Shown: positions 49,869 through 58,132, counted from the first letter of the stretch. The stretch: DNA of 64,000 nucleotides from an uncultured Alphaproteobacteria bacterium (GCA_949493535.1 CASZWJ010000001.1:140850-204849), one strand, 5' to 3'. The notes: generated by a model not told the origin, from the letters alone. Made by a program: numbers and translations.

Positions 49869-50405
49869 ATGTTTTGTTCAGAATTTCAGGATAAGATAGA
49901 AGAACAAAGGAGAATATTTATGGATGAGTTTGTTAATTTTGAAAAATTGGAAATTTTGCAGAAGCAGGGAAAACTCAGTCCGGAAGAATTTGCTGAGCAA
50001 AAGCAAATCCTTTTCAGGCGGGCAATGCGCGAATCCGGCGAACATGCAAACCCGAAGAGCGGTGTGATTTATATTTTGTTGGCTTGGTTTTTGGGAACAA
50101 TCGGTATCCATAACTTTTATGCCGGCTATGCGGGGTGGGCCGTCATACAATTGTTATTGACGCTGTCAGCACCTTTGTTTTTGTTTGTGCCGCTGATTGT
50201 GACGGCCTTGTGGGCATTTTTAGAACTGCTGTTTCAAAATACATCGCGGGGCGGAAGAAAATTCAGCGGCAGCCGCAAGGTGATTTGGATGTTGCGAATC
50301 GGCGCGGTTGCCTGGTTTGTTGCGGCGCTTGCTTCGGCTGTTTTTGTTGATTTCAATCTGCCGGTTGAGTTGCCGGAAGAAGATATCATACCGGAAAGCT
50401 TTTAG
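49869..50405 (+). CDS. SHOCT-like N-terminal motif + TM2-domain membrane protein
   Basis: FEKLEILQKQGKLSPEEFAEQKQILF is SHOCT-like. GTIGIHNFYAGYAGW is the TM2-domain motif. The start may be the internal Met near 49920. Confidence 0.5.
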   Translation: MFCSEFQDKIEEQRRIFMDEFVNFEKLEILQKQGKLSPEEFAEQKQILFRRAMRESGEHANPKSGVIYILLAWFLGTIGIHNFYAGYAGWAVIQLLLTLSAPLFLFVPLIVTALWAFLELLFQNTSRGGRKFSGSRKVIWMLRIGAVAWFVAALASAVFVDFNLPVELPEEDIIPESF

Positions 50406-51175
50406 TCTTTTTTCTTTTTATTCAATTCCGTAAATTCATAATATTTGGCTATTTTCAGAAAGCGGAAATTGGCAAGAACCAATGCCTGAATATAGCCTTG
50501 AGTGCCGAGTAGGCAATATCTTTTGCCAATATAATAATGTAGAAACTGGCGCGGAAATTCGGTGAAAATACGCAGTTTGGATACTTTGCGTTTTTCTGCG
50601 GCCAGCGTTTTTACCAGTTCGGAGCTGTGAATATTATATTTGTTTGTTGCCTGTTCCAGTGTCAGAATACAGAAATGATGTATATGGTTTTTCAGCTTGC
50701 CGATTTTTTGCCCTTTGGCGACGTTGACACGGTCTTTATTGTATAAATCTTTGGGCATTGATGCAAATTTGCGGTTATAAAGGCGTACCGGCTTAAAGCT
50801 GTGGGCAAAACGCCGCGGCATTTCATCCTGCGGAAACATATTGACGATTTTAATCTGATAAGCGTTGAATTCCGGCACGCCTGATTTCAGGCGATTAATT
50901 TCTTCAACCAGTTCTTCGGATAAAACTTCGTCCGCATCAAGCATTAAGACCCAGTTGTTGGCGCATTGCTGCTCTGCGAAATGTTTTTGATCGCAATAGC
51001 TGTGCCAATCGTGGTGGATTGTTTTGGCGCCGAATTTTTTGGCGATATTTAATGTGTCATCTGTTGAACCGCTGTCGACGACTAAAATTTCATCGGCGAC
51101 TTTTGCTGCTTGTGCTAATGTTTTGTTCAGGCGCTGCTCTTCGTTTTTTGTAATCAGGTAAACAGATAACTTCAT
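50402..51175 (-). CDS. family-2 glycosyltransferase
   Basis: MKLSVYLITKNEEQRL...VVDSGSTDDT...DADE GT-A motifs. Confidence 0.75.
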   Translation of the reverse strand: MKLSVYLITKNEEQRLNKTLAQAAKVADEILVVDSGSTDDTLNIAKKFGAKTIHHDWHSYCDQKHFAEQQCANNWVLMLDADEVLSEELVEEINRLKSGVPEFNAYQIKIVNMFPQDEMPRRFAHSFKPVRLYNRKFASMPKDLYNKDRVNVAKGQKIGKLKNHIHHFCILTLEQATNKYNIHSSELVKTLAAEKRKVSKLRIFTEFPRQFLHYYIGKRYCLLGTQGYIQALVLANFRFLKIAKYYEFTELNKKKKD

Positions 51176-51356
51176 AAAAAAATCCTTTAATGAAATGATA
51201 TTTTTTTCAACTTATTGTAATTTGTGCGGCGTGACAAGTTAAATTTTTTGCCGCAATTGTTTGATTTTAGGCATAAGGATAAAAAATATGAAAAAATATG
51301 AAAAAAATGCTTGCAATTTTTTTCGGTTATGGTATTTAATATCTCGTTCTAACGAT

Positions 51357-51431
51357 GCGGGCGTAGCTCAGGGGTAGAGCGCAACCTTGCCAAGGTTGAT
51401 GTCGAGGGTTCGAATCCCTTCACCCGCTCCA
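51357..51431 (+). tRNA. tRNA-Gly (anticodon GCC)
   Basis: Cloverleaf: acceptor GCGGGCG / CACCCGC with one C-A mismatch, D-arm GCTC/GAGC, anticodon stem CAACC/GGTTG with loop TTGCCAA, T-arm GAGGG-TTCGAAT-CCCTT, genomically encoded CCA. Confidence 0.85.
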
Positions 51432-51438
51432 ATTCAAA

Positions 51439-51465
51439 GCCACTCATTATGAGTGGTTTTTTTTG
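51439..51465 (+). terminator. rho-independent terminator after tRNA-Gly
   Basis: CCACTC-attat-GAGTGG followed by T8. Confidence 0.7.
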
Positions 51466-51633
51466 TATGGTGAAGGGATGAAACCCTGTCTGGCTCATAG
51501 GCTTCATTGTCGCCAACTCGCTGCGTCACTCGGTTTATAACATTTGTTTCGCGGTGCTGCTGCCGGCTCACAAATTAACAAACGCTCACCTGCCGTTAAA
51601 AACATCTCCGCCGGAGATATTTTTTGCCTCCAG

Positions 51634-51648
51634 CCCGCTCCAATTCAA
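51634..51648 (+). repeat. direct repeat of the tRNA-Gly 3' end (att-like)
   Basis: CCCGCTCCAATTCAA here matches 51424-51438 (the tRNA 3' end plus 7 nt of flank). Preceded by a hairpin plus T-run (51603-51626). Confidence 0.5.
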
Positions 51649-51848
51649 TCCTACTTTTTTATATAAGAAAGTGTTGGCAGGTTTTAGCCTTGGGAAGCCG
51701 GCGGGGCGATTTTTTTGCGTTATGATGTTTGGGCTATGCCTGTGGTTTGAACTTTCGGCAATGGCTTGGAGTATTTATGTTGATTAACTGAAAAGCCTTT
51801 GATTCTTTTATGTGATTTTGCTATTTATAAGATATCGAGGATTCTTTT

Positions 51849-52874
51849 GTGAAGTGGGGAAGCGACATGGAAAATAGCGAACAATTCGATTGGCAAAAAC
51901 TAAAAAAACAAATTGGCATTATACGTCTGAAAATCCGTCGGGGCTTACACCGTTTTGATCAAAAATATAAAATCAGACATAACAGCAAGCGTTTAATTTT
52001 GCTGGCGGCATTGAAGACGATTGCCGCTTTGACTCCAGGAAATGCGGCTCAAGCTCAAGAACTTTCTTTGAAACAAGATAAAAACCAGCATAATACCGAA
52101 CTTCTGGCGATGGCTAAGGTTGCCAATTTGGATGCCAGTGTCATTTGGGAGCGCTTGAATGCCTATATTGACGGACGCCAGAAAGATTTTGCTATGAGCT
52201 TATCTGCCGATTTGGCTGATAATATTGAGACTGTCAAAAACGGTAAGAAAAAAGGGCGTAAGGCGGCGACGTTAAGAGATTTATTCGGTCCGGTCAATAA
52301 TCGTTTTTATTGTTCGATAAGCGGTTTGAAAACAATTGAAGAATTGTCGAAAAGAGAAGGTTATATGGAATATGACTTTCTGTTGAAATGTATTAATAAT
52401 CCGCATTCCTGTCTGAGTGTTATTAATGGTTTGTCAAAATATTACGGTGATGATTGCAAAACATCCGATATTAAAAAGACGCTTGCAGAGCAACAAAAGA
52501 TGAATCCGAACTCAGTGTTTATTGTGTTGATGAATAGCAAAACAAACAGCAGCAGCGGTAAACATTTTGTTATCGTTACGCCGGAATTTGCCGCAGATTC
52601 CGTTGTTTATGTTAATGACAATCCCAAGTTAAAAGTTTATGGCTTTAATTCTGAGGTTATTGCTGATCCGGATACTTATTTTGCCGGGACGAGAAACCGC
52701 GGTCATGTTTATAATTTGACGGAAATGGGGCGCGATAAATTAATTGAACTGTTTTATTCCGGGCATTTAAGCTTGAATCCTCAACAACAAGAAAATGAAC
52801 TTATTCATTTTGAGCCGGTCGGAATGCAGGAAAAACCCCGTCCTTTATCAAAGTCGCGCGGCAGAAGCAGATAA
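51849..52874 (+). CDS. hypothetical protein (341 aa)
   Basis: A 20-nt gap separates it from the downstream dGTPase-like gene. Spaced Cys/His/Asp residues (FYCSISG...GKHFVIV...VYVNDN) are compatible with, but do not prove, a papain-like fold. Confidence 0.45.
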   Translation: MKWGSDMENSEQFDWQKLKKQIGIIRLKIRRGLHRFDQKYKIRHNSKRLILLAALKTIAALTPGNAAQAQELSLKQDKNQHNTELLAMAKVANLDASVIWERLNAYIDGRQKDFAMSLSADLADNIETVKNGKKKGRKAATLRDLFGPVNNRFYCSISGLKTIEELSKREGYMEYDFLLKCINNPHSCLSVINGLSKYYGDDCKTSDIKKTLAEQQKMNPNSVFIVLMNSKTNSSSGKHFVIVTPEFAADSVVYVNDNPKLKVYGFNSEVIADPDTYFAGTRNRGHVYNLTEMGRDKLIELFYSGHLSLNPQQQENELIHFEPVGMQEKPRPLSKSRGRSR

Positions 52875-52895
52875 AGTTTTTTTTGGGGATATAAA

Positions 52896-54338
52896 ATGTC
52901 TGAAAACATATATGAAAAAATTTTGCTGCCCATTCGGTTGCGGCAGTCTGATATTAAAGACCGCGAAGCTTTGGACGAGTTTTTGAGCGATAAATCGAGG
53001 ATTATTTATTCCTCGTCGTTTCGCCGTTTGCAACAAAAAGCGCAGGTTTTTTCTTTGGAGCTTAATTCAAGTGTCCGTTCAAGACTGACGCATTCTCTTG
53101 AGGTGGCTGATACGGGGCGGATTTTAGCAACTAAAATCGCCAGAAGGCTTTGCAAATCAGGTGTGATAACGGCAGATCAGGCCGCGGAAATTCCTGCTGT
53201 TGTTGAAAATGCCTGTCTGATGCATGATATAGGCAATCCCCCGTTCGGACATTTGGGGGAAGCGGCAATTATAAAGTGGGCCAAAGAGAATTTGGAAAAA
53301 GACGCATTGTCGGCCGGCGTCGATTTTGAGCGTTTAGGCAGGCTGAAAGAAGATTTTTACCAGTTTGACGGCAATCCGCAAGGCATCCGTATTGTCAGCC
53401 GTTTACATTGTGATAAAGATGAATTCGGTTTGAACTTGAGTCTCCCTTCGTTGTTGTGTGCGGTCAAATATGCCCGAGCAGCCGGCGAAGAGGCACCCAA
53501 AGGCGTGGATATTAAAAAGAAAGCCGGATATTTTCAATCAGAGATTCCCGTAGTAGAAAAAGCTTGCGCTAAAATCAACCGGCAGAGAGATTGCCGCTAT
53601 CCGCTCACATATATTATGGAAGCTGCGGATGATATTTCTTATTGTCTGAGCGATATTTCTGACGGGATTGCCAAAGGCATTATTACTGCCGAGCAGTTTT
53701 TGAAAGAGTTTCAGAAAATTTGGCGCGCAAAATATCCGAATGAGGAAATACCGCTCAAATCTCTTGCTCAAGAAAAAGTTAAAAATTTCAGCGTTGAGGT
53801 TTGTATTGATTTGAGCCACAAAGCCGTTGATGCTGCGGCGGAAGAATTCATTAGCCGTTATGACGAATTTTGTGCCGGACAAACAGGTTCTTTAATTACG
53901 GAAAAAATGCCTATGGGACGGGTTTTGGAAGCTATTAAAGAGTTTTCCTGCCGCAGAATTTATCGTTCGGAAGAGGCAGAAAGCATTGAACTTTCCGGTT
54001 TTGCCGTTTTATCCGGATTGCTGCAAAATTACTTCGGCCAGCTGATTAAAATCAATGCCGATGAATTTGCCGGCTTAGTTGCCGGAAAACGTGTTAAAGG
54101 ACGGATATATGAACAACTGTTATTTAACCGGCTTTCGAAAAGGCTGATTGACAGCTATAGTTACCAGCTTGACGAATGGCTGAATAATGAGAAAGCGGTT
54201 GAAAAATATGGCAAAGAAAATCTTGAGTGGTGGCTGCGCGTGCATTTGATTGTTGACCATATCAGCGGCATGACGGATAATTTTGCTTTATCAGAATATC
54301 AGATTCTTGAAGGCATTAAAATTAATAATAAAAATTAA
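52896..54338 (+). CDS. dgt: dGTPase-like HD-domain triphosphohydrolase (Dgt family)
   Basis: RIIYSSSFRRLQQKAQV, RLTHSLEVADTGR, CLMHDIGNPPFGH. 480 aa. Confidence 0.8.
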   Translation: MSENIYEKILLPIRLRQSDIKDREALDEFLSDKSRIIYSSSFRRLQQKAQVFSLELNSSVRSRLTHSLEVADTGRILATKIARRLCKSGVITADQAAEIPAVVENACLMHDIGNPPFGHLGEAAIIKWAKENLEKDALSAGVDFERLGRLKEDFYQFDGNPQGIRIVSRLHCDKDEFGLNLSLPSLLCAVKYARAAGEEAPKGVDIKKKAGYFQSEIPVVEKACAKINRQRDCRYPLTYIMEAADDISYCLSDISDGIAKGIITAEQFLKEFQKIWRAKYPNEEIPLKSLAQEKVKNFSVEVCIDLSHKAVDAAAEEFISRYDEFCAGQTGSLITEKMPMGRVLEAIKEFSCRRIYRSEEAESIELSGFAVLSGLLQNYFGQLIKINADEFAGLVAGKRVKGRIYEQLLFNRLSKRLIDSYSYQLDEWLNNEKAVEKYGKENLEWWLRVHLIVDHISGMTDNFALSEYQILEGIKINNKN

Positions 54339-54395
54339 GCTCGCAATTGCCAAAAAAGTGATTATATCTGTTTCGAAACAGTTTCGGAGCAGAGA

Positions 54396-54881
54396 ATGAA
54401 GAGAGTTTATGCTTATTTAAAACATCTGACAGCCAAAGAAAAAAATTATTCGGACAGTTGGTTTCAGCTTGATGAAAGATTGCGTTTTGTAACGGTCGGG
54501 CTTGCCAATACGGTTGTCCGTTATTTGATTTTTGTCGGATTGGGGTTGTGGTTGTCTATCGAGCATTATCAATGTATTTTGCTGGCTTCGTGGCTGTTGT
54601 CCTCAGTAACGGCTTTTCTTGCTTATAAACTTTTGGTTTTTGAAACCGAAGGGGAGCATTTAAAAGAATATTTAAAATCTTTGTTGATTTGGACAATCAG
54701 CTATTTTCTTAATGCGGGAATGCTTAAATGGCTGGTCGGCGGTTTAGGCATAAATGCCTATTTGGCGCAAGCGGCTGCTATTGCCGTTATTACGGTCATT
54801 AATTATCTGTTGTTTAAGCACTATGCGTTTAAGCAGAAAAAAACAGGATTTTTTGCAAAACTCTACGGCATTTTTGATTAG
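54396..54881 (+). CDS. GtrA-family membrane protein
   Basis: RFVTVGLANTVVRYLIFVGL. Four predicted TM helices, 161 aa. Confidence 0.55.
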   Translation: MKRVYAYLKHLTAKEKNYSDSWFQLDERLRFVTVGLANTVVRYLIFVGLGLWLSIEHYQCILLASWLLSSVTAFLAYKLLVFETEGEHLKEYLKSLLIWTISYFLNAGMLKWLVGGLGINAYLAQAAAIAVITVINYLLFKHYAFKQKKTGFFAKLYGIFD

Positions 54882-55417
54882 AAACTGAGGCGGATGCCTG
54901 CGGTTAATTCGTTTATGCTGTCAAAGTAGTCGATGCCTTCATTGATAGAAGTGTAATGATACATTGCGCGCAGGCCGATATGGCTGTTTAAGTTAATTTG
55001 CATGCCAAGGCCGAAACGCGGGCCGTGGCAATCCAGTTTTTCTTTTGTCAGACTGTCGAAATTTCCTTCAAATTCATATTTTGCATAGCCGACAGATCCT
55101 ACGAAATCAATGTATTCATTGGTCGGAAGCCGGAGAACAAAGTCTGCTCCGTAAGTTTTTATTTTGGAATCATTATCATTTTTGTTGCTGTCCGAATAGG
55201 TTTTGTAATATCCTTCAAGGCTAAAACCGCTTATGCTTATGCCGATAACGGGGCCAATACTGTTGTAGTTGCTTTCAAGATAATTTTCCGCGCCGTTTTC
55301 ATAGCTGAAATGAGAACGCGTGAAGTCTGCGCCGAGGACGAGGTCAGCTTTTGCCGGTGTGGACGAGAGAATTACGGCGACGGCGGATAAAATTGTTAAA
55401 AGATGATTTTTTTTCAT
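54878..55417 (-). CDS. outer-membrane beta-barrel protein (OmpA-like/OMP_b-brl family)
   Basis: Signal peptide, alternating amphipathic beta-strands, C-terminal Phe. Confidence 0.6.
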   Translation of the reverse strand: MKKNHLLTILSAVAVILSSTPAKADLVLGADFTRSHFSYENGAENYLESNYNSIGPVIGISISGFSLEGYYKTYSDSNKNDNDSKIKTYGADFVLRLPTNEYIDFVGSVGYAKYEFEGNFDSLTKEKLDCHGPRFGLGMQINLNSHIGLRAMYHYTSINEGIDYFDSINELTAGIRLSF

Positions 55418-55520
55418 GACGGCCCCTTATTTTTTATTAATGTTCCCAGTTTAGCCTGAATTTGTTAAATATCAATTAAGTAAACGTTTGCAGAATTGAT
55501 TTTATTGTTTTAAGCTTATT

Positions 55521-56123
55521 TTGCCAAATAGTCAGGAGGGCAATATGAAACATACGATGCATTTGATGCGTTTTACTTATGATAAAATTGTTCATGGAAC
55601 AAAACGGATAGACTTGCGCCTCTTTGATGATGAATATAAAAAAATAAAGCTTAACGATATTATCGAGTATGTCAGAGAAGACAGCGGCCGCAAATTAATT
55701 TGTTTGGTTCGCGGCGTGATTGTGTGCGAGCGATTTGACGATATTATCGAATTGCTTCCTGTTCAAATGTTTGGTTATGACAGCAAAGAAGAGATAAAAG
55801 TGCGGGTTCGGCGGATTTACAGTTTTGAGGAACAGATGACACATCATGCTCTCGGCATTATTATTATGCCATTGCAGGAAGATAGCGTTGAAAATGAGAA
55901 TGAAGATGAATATCTTTCTTACCATCGGGATGAGGCTTTAGATTTGAAAACTTCACGGATTAAAAACTTTACCAAAGTCAATCAAATGACGGATGAAGAA
56001 GTTTCTTGGAAACCTATCAGCCAGCAGATTGAGCATAGCGATGAAGAAGGGATGTCCGGTGAAGAAAAAGCCGAAAAAGTTATGAAGATGAGAATGAAAG
56101 AAAGGTTTGACTATGACAGATGA
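55521..56123 (+). CDS. ASCH-domain protein with acidic C-terminal tail
   Basis: HGTKRIDLRLFDDEY resembles the ASCH GxKxxExR motif. The 3' end overlaps the next gene by 17 nt. Confidence 0.45.
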   Translation: MPNSQEGNMKHTMHLMRFTYDKIVHGTKRIDLRLFDDEYKKIKLNDIIEYVREDSGRKLICLVRGVIVCERFDDIIELLPVQMFGYDSKEEIKVRVRRIYSFEEQMTHHALGIIIMPLQEDSVENENEDEYLSYHRDEALDLKTSRIKNFTKVNQMTDEEVSWKPISQQIEHSDEEGMSGEEKAEKVMKMRMKERFDYDR

Positions 56124-56715
56124 TTGCTTTGCCAAGGCTATTATAAATCGCCGTTCTATTTATCAGCTGGGGAAAGATGAAATCCTTTCTTCCGATGAAA
56201 TTACGGAAATAGTGAATACTGCGGTTAAATATGCTCCGACGGCATTTAATTCCCAATCGGCGCGTGCCGTCGTTTTGTTTGGCGAAAAGTATCTGGCTTT
56301 TTGGCAAATGGTCATGGCTGAATTGCGTAAAATCGTTCCGGCGGAAAAATTTGCAGCGACTGAACATAAAATAAATTCTTTTATGCAAGGTTACGGAACG
56401 GTTTTATTTTTTGAAGATGAGAAAATTATTGAGAATTTGCAGGCAAAATATCCGTTATATAAGGATATTTTTCCGAAATGGTCATTGCAATCCAGCGGCA
56501 TGTTGCAGTTTATTATCTGGACGGCATTGGAAAAAGCCGGCTTGGGTGCCAGTTTGCAGCATTATAATCCGCTGATAGATATCGAGACGGCAAAAATGTT
56601 TGGCCTGCCGGATAATTGGAAACTTTTGGCGCAAATGCCGTTTGGCAGCATTGCTGCTCCGGCAGATGAAAAAACGTTTATGCCATTGGATGAACGGGTA
56701 AAAGTTTTTAAATAA
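56107..56715 (+). CDS. nitroreductase-family protein
   Basis: RRSIYQLGKD...PTAFNSQSARAVVLFGEK is typical of NAD(P)H nitroreductase-like proteins. Confidence 0.7.
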   Translation: MTMTDDCFAKAIINRRSIYQLGKDEILSSDEITEIVNTAVKYAPTAFNSQSARAVVLFGEKYLAFWQMVMAELRKIVPAEKFAATEHKINSFMQGYGTVLFFEDEKIIENLQAKYPLYKDIFPKWSLQSSGMLQFIIWTALEKAGLGASLQHYNPLIDIETAKMFGLPDNWKLLAQMPFGSIAAPADEKTFMPLDERVKVFK

Positions 56716-56759
56716 TACTTGCATATTTTGTGTTTTAATTTTATTACTGTTCTGTCATC

Positions 56760-56849
56760 GGAGAGATGGCAGAGTGGTCGAATGCGATTGACTCGAAATC
56801 AGTTGTACTCGTGAGGGTACCCAGGGTTCGAATCCCTGTCTCTCCGCCA
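56760..56849 (+). tRNA. tRNA-Ser (anticodon CGA)
   Basis: 90 nt. Acceptor GGAGAGA / TCTCTCC, anticodon stem ATTGA / TCAGT with loop CTCGAAA, long variable arm, T-arm CAGGG-TTCGAAT-CCCTG, discriminator G and encoded CCA. Confidence 0.85.
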
Positions 56850-56854
56850 TTAAT

Positions 56855-56886
56855 AAAAAACCCCGTCATGTACGGGGCTTTTTATT
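56855..56886 (+). terminator. rho-independent terminator after tRNA-Ser
   Basis: CCCCGT-catgta-ACGGGG followed by CTTTTTATT. Confidence 0.7.
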
Positions 56887-56997
56887 AATGATGAGGGGAG
56901 CTTGATTTGAACCCTGGGAAAAGGGTTCGACAGCAAGCGAGAGCGAGACGGAAGTATCGCGGTCGGCTTTGCCGATGAGCGAAGATGCGGCGAAGCC

Positions 56998-57016
56998 AAT
57001 CCCTGTCTCTCCGCCA
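56998..57016 (+). repeat. 19-bp direct repeat of the tRNA-Ser 3' end (att-like) with duplicated downstream context
   Basis: AATCCCTGTCTCTCCGCCA is identical to 56831-56849. It is followed by a second diverged hairpin (GAAGCCCC.../...GGGTGCTTC) and TTATTGATGAGG, mirroring the sequence after the tRNA. Confidence 0.6.
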
Positions 57017-57180
57017 ATAACAAAAGAAGCCCCATAAGGGTGCTTCTTTTGTTATTGATGAGGTTAAATTCCGGAGAAAGGGCGGCTACAAACAGCAGGT
57101 TGCCGAAAGTCTGCCGGCGGCGTGTACGGCAAGCCGTGCAGTGGTGTTGCCGCCTATCTCTTTCTTTCGCCATTTTGATT

Positions 57181-57212
57181 AAAAAGATGCTTGTTTACAG
57201 CGTCTTTTTTTG
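57181..57212. terminator. bidirectional terminator downstream of the recombinase gene
   Basis: AAAAA, then AGATGC-ttgtttaca-GCGTCT (one G-T pair), then T7. Confidence 0.55.
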
Positions 57213-57259
57213 TGTGTTCGTTAGTAATTCCTGATTTGCGAAGGGCGAAACAGCCGGAA

Positions 57260-57847
57260 TTATCGTTTTAAAAACCGGTGGAGAGTTGACAGGTTAACAT
57301 GGAGATCGTGGGCAATTTTAATTTTCGGTATTTGGTTTGCAATCATGTTTTTTATGATGTTTTCTTTACCCTGCAATTTTGTGGTTTTATTTTTGCTGCC
57401 TTTAGGGCGGCCGATGCTTTTTCCCTCATTGCGCAGGCGTAATAAAGCTTCTTTGGTTCGCGCCGAGATAAGGTTTCTTTCAATTTCGGCACTTAAGCCA
57501 AAGGCAAATGCCAAAACTTTTGACTGGATATCCGCTCCGAGTTTGTAGTTTTCTTTGACAGTCCAGACCTGACAGCCTTGTTCCAGACAGTGGTGCAGGA
57601 TACTCATGATTTGCATCAGGTTTCGGCCTAAGCGTGACAGTTCAGAGGTTATTAAAATGTCATCGGATTTAAGGTTTTTTAATATCTTACCGAGTTTTCT
57701 TTTGTTCAGTTCTTTTGTGGACGATATTGTTTCGATAATCCAGTGATTGATTTTAAGATTATGCAGATTTGCAAATTTTGTTATTTCGAATTTTTGGTTT
57801 TCAGTATTTTGTTTGTCGGTACTTATTCTGATGTAACTATAAATCAT
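57260..57847 (-). CDS. small serine recombinase (resolvase/invertase family)
   Basis: MIYSYIRISTDKQNTENQ (catalytic Ser region), 195 aa, C-terminal HTH IAHDLHVNLSTLHRFLK. SD AAGGAT 8 nt upstream. Confidence 0.85.
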   Translation of the reverse strand: MIYSYIRISTDKQNTENQKFEITKFANLHNLKINHWIIETISSTKELNKRKLGKILKNLKSDDILITSELSRLGRNLMQIMSILHHCLEQGCQVWTVKENYKLGADIQSKVLAFAFGLSAEIERNLISARTKEALLRLRNEGKSIGRPKGSKNKTTKLQGKENIIKNMIANQIPKIKIAHDLHVNLSTLHRFLKR

Positions 57848-57910
57848 TGCTGCTAATCCTTTGTCTTTTTTATTTGATTAGCATTCTACTATTGATTTGT
57901 GTTATTGAAA

Positions 57911-58061
57911 ATAAACGAACGTTTAATTGAATTATAGTTATATTCTAATATTTTGTCAAGCTAATTAATAATCAAGATAAAAACATAAATAAAACAACAT
58001 GTTAGTTTTTTATAAGAATATTCTGGTCTTTTTATGAAACAGGCAAAATAACGTTCGTTAT
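57911..58061. promoter_or_regulatory. inverted-repeat-flanked ~125-bp segment upstream of the recombinase (res-like site or invertible switch candidate)
   Basis: AAACGAACGTTT at 57913-57924 and AACGTTCGTT at 58050-58059 share a 10-bp inverted core. The consensus promoter lies between them. Confidence 0.4.
57931..57959 (-). promoter_or_regulatory. perfect consensus sigma70 promoter reading toward the recombinase gene
   Basis: Minus-strand reads TTGACA (57959-57954), 17 nt, TATAAT (57936-57931). Confidence 0.6.
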
Positions 58062-58132
58062 TTTGCAATGGAGCAGGAAAGCGGGCGTTGGTTAAAGTGA
58101 AATGTATATAATTTTAAGCAAAGGAAAAACAG

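Noticed and set aside
51285-51306. Tandem AAAAAATATG AAAAAATATG upstream of tRNA-Gly.
   Set aside because: A two-unit A-rich microsatellite in an AT-rich promoter region. No evidence of function.
51476-51495. GAAACCCTGTCT downstream of tRNA-Gly resembles the tRNA-Ser T-arm/acceptor segment GAATCCCTGTCT.
   Set aside because: Only 11/12 over a short span with no flanking tRNA structure. Treated as chance, though it could be a trace of a former tRNA-Ser-targeted element.
51554-51787. 77-aa ORF downstream of tRNA-Gly.
   Set aside because: It spans the att-like repeat and terminator-like hairpin. No RBS and no family; likely spurious.
56850-57234. ORFs 56850-57173 (-) and 57040-57234 (+) between tRNA-Ser and the recombinase.
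   Set aside because: They overlap the tRNA 3' end, its terminator and the att-like repeat, and show no coding signal. The region is better explained as a non-coding integration scar.
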